A DNA stretch of 64,000 nucleotides from Mobula hypostoma (lineage: Eukaryota), in NCBI RefSeq assembly GCF_963921235.1, contig NC_086101.1, positions 10,728,001-10,792,000 on the forward strand, written 5' to 3'. Positions 26,357-37,300 of the stretch are shown in pieces. The notes under the pieces are model-generated. The model saw nothing but the letters and a program-made list of their open reading frames with translations, was not told the origin of the DNA and made no database searches. Each line of letters starts with the position of its first letter. Positions within the stretch are counted from its first letter, which is position 1. The translations under genes were made by a program, and so were the position numbers.

Positions 26357-27250
26357 TGTCATTGTCCTGTCCGTGAAGTCCGCATTCCAGTTCACAGTCT
26401 GGTCCATCAACCCTTACTATAGGTTTTCCTGTCTACCGTGTTTCTGTTCCTGTTGAACACTAATTGAGGCAGCTGATTCTCGTTGGAGCTGGCTTCCAGA
26501 GACCAGGGCATGGCTGCTGGATTGTTCTTGTCCTTCCTCCTTGTATCCCTTCCCCTGCATTCTGTTTCCTCACCTGAAGCCTTGCCTTGTCTTGCCGGTA
26601 CTCTCGCCTTGCCTGAAGTTCTTGTCTCGCCTTGCATTGCCTGAAGCCTTGCCTTGTATTGCTGGTAACTCTCGCCTCGTCTTGCATGAAGTCTTGTCTT
26701 GGAGCCACCCTGCACCTAGCTCCCTTCCTGTTCCTTGCCTCCGACGGGTAAGTCAGGCCGTCTTGCCGTTACCCTACGGTTGGTTCTGTCCCTTCCTGTC
26801 CCTTGCCTCCGTCGGGTAAGTCAGGCTGTATTGCCATTACCCTGCAGTTGGTTCTGTCCCTTGCCTCCGTTGGGTGGAGATCCGTGCCCTGCCCAGGAGG
26901 AGCTAAAAGACCCCAAGCCTCGAGTCTCACCCCAAACCAAGCTTCAAGACCCCAAGCCTGAAGCCTCGCCTCAAGTCTGTGGTCCCCAACCTCGCCCTGC
27001 CTGCCAGCCAAGTCACGTCCTTGCCTAGTTCTGGGATCCGAGCCAGAGGCAAGACCCATGTTCTGGGTCCTTGTCCATTCTCTGGCTCGCAGTCCAAGCC
27101 CAGGCTCCTAGCTCTCTTGTCCAGTCCTGTTCCGGATTCCCTGTTTTCGTGTCCATGTCTTTGCCCTCACCCTGCATCCTAGTCCTGCCCCTAGTACTTC
27201 AGTGTCTGTGTCTTACACTTGCGTCTGTTCCCAGCCACCTCCGTATGACA
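26357..27250 (+). mobile_element. Solo LTR with 5-bp TSD (GCTGG) inserted in a CR1 fragment
   Basis: TGTCA...TGACA termini; GCTGG at 26352-26356 and 27251-27255. The host CR1 reading frame resumes across the site. Internal CTTGC-rich and ~60-bp repeats. Confidence 0.85.
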
Positions 27251-27729
27251 GCTGGAGAGATTGCGGAGACATTAACAATGATCTTTCATGAATCGATAGA
27301 TTCTGGCATTGTACTGGATGACTGGAAAATTGCAAATGTTACTCCGCTATTTAAGAAGGGTGGGAGGCAGCAGAAAGGAAACTATAGACCTGTTAGCCTG
27401 ACATCAGTGGTTGGGAAGTTGGTGGAATCGATTGCTAGGGATGAGATTACAGAGTACTTGGAGGCACATGACAAGATAGACCAAAAGCAGCATAGTTTCC
27501 TGAAAGGAAAGTCCTGCCTGACCAACCTACTGCAATTTTTTGAGGAAATTACAAGCAGGGTAGACAAAGGAGATGCAGCAGATGTGGTGTAGTTGGATTT
27601 TCAGAAGGCCTTTGACAAGGTGCCGCAGATGAGGCTGTTTAGGAATATAATAAGCCATGGAATTACAGGGAAGTTACTAGCATGGGTGGAGCATTGGCTG
27701 ATCGGCAGAAAACAAGAGTGGGAATAAAG

Positions 27730-28750
27730 GCCTCCCACCCTCTTGCTCTCTCCATCCCCCACTCACCCTCTCCCTCCCTACTCCTGTGCCCTCCCCTATT
27801 CCCCCTCTCACCCGCACCTCCCCCTCTCACGACCCTTCCCCTCCCACACTGCCGCCTCTTACTTTCCCCTTTCCCCCGCCCTCTCTCCTCCTCCTCCTGC
27901 CTCCCCCTCCACCTCCCAACCCCACTTCCTACGCTTCTTTCCAACCCCTCCCCCATCCACCTACTTCCTGCACTCTCCCCACCCCTCCACCCCTGCACTT
28001 CCTCCCCCCTCGCGCTCCCTCCACCCCTCTACCCACCACTATCAACGTCTCTTACTCTACTTCCCTTCTCTGTAACCCCTCTCTCTAACCCATAACTCTA
28101 ACCTCCTTTCAACCACCTCTCCCTATCCCCACCATACTCAACCCACTCTTTCTCTACCCACCTAACTACCCCATCCACTGTCTACCCTTTAGATCTACAC
28201 CCCTCCCACTCTCCCCCTTCTCCCCCATAACACCTTTCTAACCATCTTTCTTCCTATCTAAATCCCACTGTCCCTAACCCTCTCTCTCTGACCTCTCTCT
28301 AATCCCCTCTCTCACTAACCCCCTCTAACCTCCTCTCTCTAAACCCCCTTGCACACCTCCTCTGCTGCCCTCTCTCTGTACCCAGCTTTGTGAACCCCTA
28401 TCGCTGTGTACCATTCTCTCTCTCTCTGCACCCCCCTCCACCCTCTACACCCCATCCAATCCCCCTCCGCCTCTACACACCCCTATAACCCCCTTCAAAC
28501 CTCCCTCCACCACCTACACACCCCTCTCTACCCCTGTATCCCCCTCTACCCCCGCTACCAACTCCCTCTCTACTTCTCCAATAACCCGTCCCTCTCTCCA
28601 ATAAACCGTCCCTCTCTCCAATAACCCATCCCTCTCTCTAATAATCTCTTCCTCTATCTAATAACACGTCCCTCTCTAATAACCCCTCCCTCTCTTCACC
28701 CCCGTCTACACCCCCCTACAACTCCGCATCTACACCCCTCCTTCTCCCTC
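27730..28750. repeat. About 1-kb C/T-rich low-complexity tract
   Basis: Mostly C/T with interspersed A and very little G, including short tandem units such as TAACCCGTCCCTCTCTCCAA near 28580-28680. Confidence 0.9.
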
Positions 28751-29010
28751 CCCTCTCAGACATAAGACATTTCCTGATGAAGAAAGCGAGAGATAGGAGT
28801 TAGTTCAAGAGTTCGGTGTACTGTGGTCAGTGCACCCTCCACCAGCATTCTGGATACATGCTCCATGTGGCAGCAATAGCTCGTAACTATTCTACAGCTC
28901 ATTCTCTTTGAGAAATTCTCCCATTGGTGGTGGGATTGGTAATCTTTCCCTGCACTGAGAAGGAATTACTGCACTACCCGTCCACCCTCAGAGAAGATGA
29001 TAGTGGTTTT

Positions 29011-29241
29011 GCAAACGCAAACACGAGGAAATCTACAGATGCTGGAAATTCAAGCAACACACACAAAATGCTGGTGGAACGCAGCAGGCCAGGCAGCATC
29101 TATAGGAAGGGGTAGTCGACTTTTCGGGCTGAGACCCTTCATCACGACTCTGACTGAGTGTCTCCACCCGAAACCTCGACTGTACCTCTTCCTATAGATG
29201 TTGCCTGGCCTGCTGCGTTCCACCAGCATTTTGTGTGTTGT
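29011..29241. mobile_element. Palindromic Penelope pseudo-LTR-derived insertion with ~17-bp TSD
   Basis: Inverted arms of about 80 bp; flanks AAGATGATAGTGGTTTT (28994-29010) and AAGGTGATAGTGGATTT (29242-29258). Confidence 0.8.
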
Positions 29242-29594
29242 AAGGTGATAGTGGATTTGGTTAAGCCCAGGTATCCTGGCTCATCAGGTAGCAAAGCCTC
29301 CTTTGCCAGTGATCAACAGCAGGATGTCCGACGTTCACCATCCATTTTTTCAGGTAGTTGTGTAAATGTGAGTGACTATTTCCTCCCAAGTCCCGTCAGC
29401 AAGTTTCCGTCAGCAGGTCCAAACTTCAACATGGATTTGGCTGAATTCTGCAGTGACAATCAATTACCATCAGTGGATCTCAGGGCTGAATTCTTTTTAT
29501 GATCCACATTCTCAGCTTCAGCCTTCTGGCAGATGAGCTTTACCTGTGAGATGGACTGATGTGTAAATTTGTTCAGGATTTTCTGCTCAACTGC

Positions 29595-31365
29595 GTCCCA
29601 GAACAGATCCTTGTGGGACACCACCAGTCACAATCCTCCAATCTGAATGTACTCCCTCCACCACGACCTTCTGCAGGCAAGCCAATTCTGAATCCACCTG
29701 GCCAAACTTCCTTGGATCCCATGCCTTCTGACTTTCTGAATAAGCTTACCATGTGGAACCTTGTCAAATGCCTTACTAAAATCCATATAGATCACATCCA
29801 CTGCACTACCCTCACCTATATGCCTGGTCACCTTCGCAAAGAACTCTATCAGGCATGTTAGACACGATCTGCCCTTCACAAAGCCATGCTGACTGTCCCT
29901 GATCAGACCATGATTCTCTAAATGCGCATAGATCCTATCTCTAAGAATCTTTTCCAACAGCTTTCCCACCACAGACGTAAGGCTCACTGGTCTATAATAA
30001 CCCGGACTATCCCTACTACCTTTTTTGAACAAAGGGGCAACATTCGCCTCCCTCCAATCCTCCGGTACCATTCCCGTGGACAACGAGGACATAAAGATCA
30101 TAGCCAGAGGCTCAGCAATCTCTTCCCTCACCTCGTGGAGCAGCCTGGGGAATATTCCATCAGGCCCCGGGGACTTATCCGTTAATGTATTTTAACAACT
30201 CCAACACCACCTCTCCCTTAATATCAACATGCTCCAGAACATCAACCTCACTCATATTGTCCTCACCATCATCAAGTTCCCTCTCATTGATGAATACTGA
30301 AGAGAAGTATTCACTGAGGACTTCGCTCACTTCCACAGCCTCCAGGCACATCTTCCCACCTTTATCACTATTCGGTCCCACCTTCACTCTTGTCATCCTT
30401 TTTTCTTCACATAATTGAAGAATGCCTTGGGGTTTTCCTTTACCCTTCCTTTATCCTTGCTTCCTAAATGTCATGTATGCTGCCTTCTTCCACCTGACTA
30501 GATCTTCCACCTCATTTATCACCCATTGTTCCTTCACCCTACCATTCCTTATCTTCCTCACCGGGACAAATTTATTCTTAACCTCCTGTAAGAGAGCTCT
30601 AAGCATCAACCACATGTATATAGTACAGTTCCTGGCAAAAACATCGAACCAATTCACACCCTCAAGTTCTAGCCTTATAGCCTCATAATTTGCCCTTACC
30701 CAATTAAAAATTTTCAGGTCCTCTCTGATCCTATCCTTTTCCATGTTAATGCTAAAGGCCAGGGAGCGGTGGTCACTGTACCCCAGATGCTCACCCACTG
30801 AGAGATCTGTGATCTGACCCAGTTTGTTTCCTAATACTAGATCTAGTATGGCATTCTCCCTCATTGGCCTGTCCACATACTGTGACGGGAATCCGTCCTG
30901 GACACACTTCACAAACTCTGCCCCATCTGAACCCTTGGAACTAATTAGTTGCCAATCAATATTAGGGACGTTAAAGTCACCCATGAAAACAACCCTGTTA
31001 TTTTTGCACCTTTCCAAAATCTGCCTCCCAATCTGCTCCTCTGTATCTCTGCTGCTATCAGGGGGCCTATAGAATACCCCCAATAGAGTAACTGCTCCCT
31101 TCCTGTTCCTGACTTCCATCCATACTCACTGAAAAGAGGATCCTGCTACATTACCCACCCTTTCTGTAGCTGTAACAGTATCCCTGAGCAGCAATGCCAC
31201 CCCTCCTCCCATTCTACCCCCCATCCCTTTTAAAGCACAGAAATCCAGGAATATTGAGAATCCATTCCTACCCTAGTGCCAGCCAAGTATCTCTGTAATG
31301 GCCACTACATCATGTATGTATCCAAGCTCTCAGTTCATCACCTTTGTTCCTGACGCTTCTTGCAT
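29595..31365 (-). mobile_element. CR1 ORF2 fragment (endonuclease to RT), with internal deletions
   Basis: ORFs 30451-31119 (FYRPPD, GDFN, SDH) and 29628-30131 (YRPVSLTSVVGK, SQHGF, DFSKAFDKV). Confidence 0.9.
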
Positions 31366-33680
31366 TGTGGTGTATTTGGATTTTCAAAAGGCTTTTGACA
31401 AGGTCCAACACAGGAGATTACTGTGCAAACTTAAAGCACATTGTATTGTGGGTATGGTATTGATGTGGAAAGAGAACTGACAGACAGGAAGCAAAGAGTG
31501 GGAACAGACGGGACCTTTTCAGAATGGCAGGCAGTGACTAGTGGGGTACCGAAAGGTTCAGTGCTGGGACCCCAGTTGTTTACAACATATAATAATGACT
31601 TAGACGAGGGAATTAAATGCAGCATCTTCAAGTTTGCAGATCACACGAAGCTGGGCGGCAGTGTTAGCTGTGAGGAGGATGCTAAGAGGATGCAGGGTGA
31701 CTTGGATAGGTTAGGTGAGTGGGCAAATTCATGGCAGATGCAATTTAATGTGGATAAATGTGAGGTTATCCACTTTGGTGGCAAGAACAGGAAAACAGAT
31801 TATTATCTGAATGGTGGCCGATTAGGAAAAGGGGAGGTGCAACGAGACCTGGGTGTCATTATACACCAGTCATTGAAAGTGGGCATGCAGGTACAGCAAG
31901 CGGTGAAAAAGGCGAATGGTATGCTGGCATTCATAGCAAGAGGATTCGAGTACAGGAGCAGGGAGGGACTACTGCAGTTGTACAAGGCCTTGGTGAGACC
32001 ACACCTGGAGTATTGTATGCAGTTTTGGTCCCCTAATCTGAGGAAAGACATTCTTGCCATGGAGGGAGTACAAAGAAGGTTCACTAGATTGATTCCTGGG
32101 ATGGCAGGGCTTTCATATGATGAAACACTGGATCAACTAGGCTTATACTCGCTGGAATTTAGAAGATTGAGGGGGTACCTTATTGGTAACGTATACAATT
32201 CTAAAGAGATTGGACAGGCTAGATGCAGGAAGATTGTTCCCGATGTTGGGGAAGTCCAGAACGAGGAGTCACAGCTTAAGAATAAAGGGGAAGCCTTTTA
32301 GGACTGAGATGAGGAAAAACTTCTTCACACAGAGAGTAGTGAATGTGTGGAATTCTGTGCCACAGGAAACAGTTGAGGCCAGTTCATTGGCTATATTTAA
32401 GAAGGAGTTAGATATGGCCCTTGTGGCTAAAGGCAGGGGTTCCCAACCTTTTTTGCACTGCGGACCGGTTTAATATTGACAATATTCTTGCGGACCGGCA
32501 GTCAAATACGTCGTGTTTACCCAGAAAAAGACTACAACAACCATGAAGCCTTGCGCGGGCACCAGTGCACATGCGCATCGTGACCCGCCGATTATTTTTT
32601 TTTCTCTCCTGCAAATCCTTTTTGGCGATTCTCTTCGGTGGCGGGGTGTTAATCACGACCGGAATATATGTGATAAGTGGCTAGTACACTCAATTTCATT
32701 TCTGAAAGGGTTTATCTAACGAATTTAATATTAAACACACAGCGTATATTTTCCTCACATGAATATAGTGATAAGTTAATTATCAGGGAGCTTGAAGTAA
32801 GTGTTGAACGAATTTCCAGTTGAAGTGGCATTTAAAGTAAAATTTTATCGGTATATGGACAGGAAAGGAATGGAGGGTTGTGGGCTGAGTGCAGGTTGGT
32901 GGGACTAGGTGAGAGTAGCGTTCAGCACAGACTAGCAGGGCCGAGATGGCCTGTTCCGTGCTGTAATTGTTATATGGTTATATAAGTAAGTCAATAGCAT
33001 CATAACATTTTAAGTAATGTTTGGATATTAAACACCCAGCACATATTTTCCCCGTATGAACATATAAAATCATTGCAACACACCAATATCGCTGAATCAG
33101 TGGGAGCCCTGGGCTTGTTTTCCTGCAACATCGAGGGGTGATGGGAGACGGCAATAATCGAACGGGGTTCCTTATGTCTAGTCTATTCCGCAATTTAGTT
33201 TTTGTTGCTGCATTCATTGCAGAGATGTGTTGGAAATGGAAGCAACGTTTTCAGTGCTTTTGTGGCTATCTCAGGATATTTAGCCTTGACTTTGATCCAG
33301 AATGCCAGCAGAGATGTTATGTCAAACATACTTTTCAGCCCGCCGTCAGTTGCAAGCTCGAGGAGTTGCTCTCCTTCCTGCGTTGACATGGACGACGCGT
33401 GGGTAATGACCTCGCGTGTGTTCAAGTTCAACAGTGGGCGTGACAGGGAATGAGGAAAGGTGCAGCTGACTTCTATCACCAAATCATATTGTTTCCTCGT
33501 GGCCCGGTAGCACATGCTTTGTGGCCTGGTGGTTGGGGACCGCTGGCTAAAGGGATCAGTGGGCATGGAGAGAAGGCAGGTACAGGGTTCTGAGTTGGAT
33601 GATCAGCCATGATCATACTGAATGGCGGTGCAGGCTCGAAGGGCCGAATGGCCTACTCCTGCACCTATTTTCTATGTTTC
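31365..33680 (+). mobile_element. CR1 RT and 3' end of the same subfamily as the intact copy, interrupted by an hAT element
   Basis: ORF 31441-32301 is nearly identical to the RT of 34466-37465, and the 3' UTR resumes after 33553. Confidence 0.9.
32434..33545 (-). mobile_element. Non-autonomous hAT (Charlie/Buster-type) element with perfect 8-bp TSD
   Basis: TIRs CAGGGGTTCCCAACC / GGTTGGGGACCGCTG; TSD GCTAAAGG at 32426-32433 and 33546-33553. Transposase dimerisation-domain remnant FWIKVKAKYPEIATKALKTLLPFPTHLC. Confidence 0.92.
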
Positions 33681-34369
33681 TGTACGTGAAGAACGGGAGG
33701 ATAACTAGAGAGAGGATAGGACAGATCAAGGATAGAAGTCTACGCCTGGAGTCAGAGGACATTGGAAAGGACCTCTCAGATGTTACAGCGGGACATTGAT
33801 AGGATGCCAAACTGGGCTGAGGAGTGGCAGATGGAGTTCAACACAGACAATTGTGAAGTGATTCATTTTGGTAGGTCAAATAAAATGGCAGATTATAGTA
33901 TTAATGTTGAGACTCTTGGCAGTATGGAGGATCAGAAGGATCTTGGGGTCCGAGTCTATAGGACACTCAAAGCAGCTGCGCAGGTTGACCTTGTAGTTAA
34001 GAAGGCGGACGGTGTATTGACCTTCATCAATCATGAATTGAATTTAGGAGACGAGAGGTGATTTTGCAGCTGTATAGGACCCTGGTTAGACCCCACTTGG
34101 AGTACTGTGCTTAGTTCTGGTCGCCTCACTACAGGAAGGATGTGGAAGCCACAGAAAGGGTGCAGAGGAGATTTACAAGGTTGTTGCCTGGATTGGGGAG
34201 CATGCCTTATGAGAATAGGTTGAGTGAACTCGGCCTTTTCTCCTTGGAGTGATAGAGGATGAGAAGTGACCTGATAGAGGTGTATAAGGTGATGAGAGGC
34301 ACTGATCGTGTGGACAGTCAGAGGCTTTTTCCCAGGTTTAAGGTGCTGAGGAGTAGGTATAAAGGAGAT

Positions 34370-37300
34370 AGAAACATAGAAACATAGAAAATAGGTGCAG
34401 GAGTAGGCCATTCGGCCCTTCGAGCCTGCACCGCCATTTATTATGATCATGGCTGATCATCCAACTCAGAACCCAGCCTTCCCTCCATACCCCCTGACCC
34501 CTGTAGCCACAAGGGCCATATCTAACTTCCTCTTAAACACAGCCAATGAACCGGCCTCAACAGTTTGCTGTGGCAGAGAATTCCACAGATTCACCACTCT
34601 CTGTGTGAAGAAGTTTTTCCTAATCTCGGTCCTAAAAGGCTTCCCCTCTATCCTCAAACTGTGACCCCTCGTTCTGGACCTCCCCAACATCGGGAACAAT
34701 CTTCCCGCATCTAGCCTGTCCAATCCCTTTAGGATCTTATACGTTTCAATCAGATCCCCCCTCAATCTTCTAAATTCCAACGAGTACAAGCCCAGTTCAT
34801 CCAGTCTTTCTTCATATGAAAGACCTGCCATCCCAGGAATCAATCTGGTGAACCTTCTTTGTACTCCCTCTATGGCAAAGATGTCTTTCCTCAGATTAGG
34901 GGACCAAAACTGCACACAATACTCCAGGTGTGGTCTCACCAAGGCCTTGTACAACTGCAGTAGTACCTCCCTGCTCCTGTACTCGAATCCTCTCGCTATA
35001 AATGCCAGCATACCGTTTGCCTTTTTCACCGCCTGCTGTACCTGCATGCCCACTTTCAATGACTGGTGTATAATGACACCCAGGTCTCGTTGCACCTCCC
35101 CTTTTCCTAATCGGCCACCATTCAGATAATAATCTGTTTTCCTATTTTTGCCACCAAAGTGGATAACTTCACATTTATCCACATTAAATTGCATCTGCCA
35201 TGAGTTTGCCCACTCATCCAACCTATCCAAGTCACCCTGCATCCTCTTAGCATCCTCCTCACTGCTAACACTGCCACCCAGCTTCGTGTCATCCGCAAAC
35301 TTGGAGATGCTGCATTTAATTCCCTCATCCAAGTCATTAATATATATTGTAAACAACTGGGGTCCCAGCACTGAGCCTTGCGGTACCCCACTAGTCACCG
35401 CCTGCCATTCTGAAAAGGTCCCGTTTATTCCCACTCTTTGCTTCCTGTCTGCTAACCAATTCTCCACCCACACCAATACCTTACCCCCAATACCGTGTGC
35501 TTTAAGTTTGCACACTAATCTCCTGTGTGGGACCTTGTCAAAAGCCTTTTGAAAATCCAAATATACCACATCCACTGGTTCTCCCCTATCCACTCTACTA
35601 GTTACATCCTCAAAAAATTCTATGAGATTCGTCAGACATGATTTTCCTTTCACAAATCCATGCTGACTTTGTCCGATCATTTCACCGCTTTCCAAATGTG
35701 CTGTTATCACATCCTTGATAACTGACTCCAGCAGTTTCCCCACCACCGACGTTAGGCTAACCGGCCTATAATTCCCCGGTTTCTCTCTCCCTCCTTTTTT
35801 AAAAAGTGGGGTTACATTAGCCACCCTCCAATCCTCAGGAACTAGTCCAGAATCTAACGAGTTTTGAAAAATTATCACTAATGCATCCACTATTTCTTGG
35901 GCTACTTCCTTAAGCACTCTGGGATGCAGACCATCTGGCCCTGGGGATTTATCTGCCTTCAATCCCTTCAATTTACCTAACACCACTTCCCTACTAACAT
36001 GTATTTCACTCAGTTCCTCCATCTCACTGGACCCTCTGTCCCTTACTATTTCTGGAAGATTATTTATGTCCCCCTTAGTGAAGACAGAACCAAAGTAATT
36101 ATTCAATTGGTCTGCCATGTCCTTGCTCCCCATAATCAATTCACCTGTTTCTGTCTGCAGGGGACCTACATTTGTCTTTATCAGTCTTTTCCCTTTTACA
36201 TATCTATAAAAACTTTTACAGTCCGTTTTTATGTTCTCTGCCAGTTTTCTCTCATAATCTTTTTTCCCCTTCCTAATTAAGCCCTTTGTCCTCCTCTGCT
36301 GAACTCTGAATTTCTCCCAGTCCTCAGGTGAGCCACTTTCTCTGGCTAATTTGTATGCTACTTCTTTGGAATTGATACTATCCCTAATTTCTCTTGTCAG
36401 CCACGGGTGCACTACCTTCCTTGATTTATTCTTTTGCCAAACTGGGATGAACAATTGTTGTAGTTCATCCATGCAACCTTTAAATGCCTGCCATTGCATT
36501 TCCACTGTCAATCCTTTAAATGTCATTTGCCAGTCTATCTTAGCTAATTCACGACTCATACCTTCAAAGTTACCCCTCTTTAAGTTCAGAACCTTTGTTT
36601 CTGAATTAACTATGTCACTCTCCATGTTAATGAAGAATTCCACCATATTATGGTCACTCTTACCCAAGGGGCCTCTCACGACAAGATCGCTAATTAACCC
36701 TTCCTCATTGCTCAAAACCCAGTCCAGAATAGCCCGCTCTCTAGTCGGTTCCTCGACATGTTGGTTCAAAAAACCATCCCGCATACATTCCAAGAAATCC
36801 TCTTCGTCAGCACCTTTACCAATTTGGTTCACCCAGTCTACATGTAGATTGAAGTCACCCATTATAACTGCTGTTCCTTTATTGCACACATTTCTAATTT
36901 CCTGTTTAATACCATCTCCGACCTCACTACTACTGTTAGGTGGCCTGTAAACAACTCCCACCAGCGTCTTCTGCCCCTTAGTGTTACGCAGCTCTACCCA
37001 TATCGATTCCACATCTTCCCGGCTTATGTCCTTCCTTTCTATTGCGTTAATCTCTTTTTTAACCAGCAACGCCACCCCACCTCCCCTTCCTTCATGTCTA
37101 TCTCTCCTGAATATTGAATATCCCTGAATGTTGAGCTCCCATCCCTGGTCACCCTGGAGCCATGTCTCTGTGATCCCAACTATATCATAATCATTAATAA
37201 CAATCTGCACTTTCAATTCATCCACCTTATTACGAATGCTCCTTGCATTGACACATAAAGCCTTCAGGCGCTCTTTTACAACTCTCTTAGCCCTTTTTAA

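Noticed and set aside
27663..28624. Pro/Leu/Ser-rich and Gly/Arg-rich ORFs
   Set aside because: These are artefacts of the low-complexity C/T tract.
28750..29595. Possible additional small exons in unexplained non-repeat sequence
   Set aside because: The candidate AG...GT pairs tested gave in-frame stops or the wrong phase, and no recognisable domain was found on either strand.
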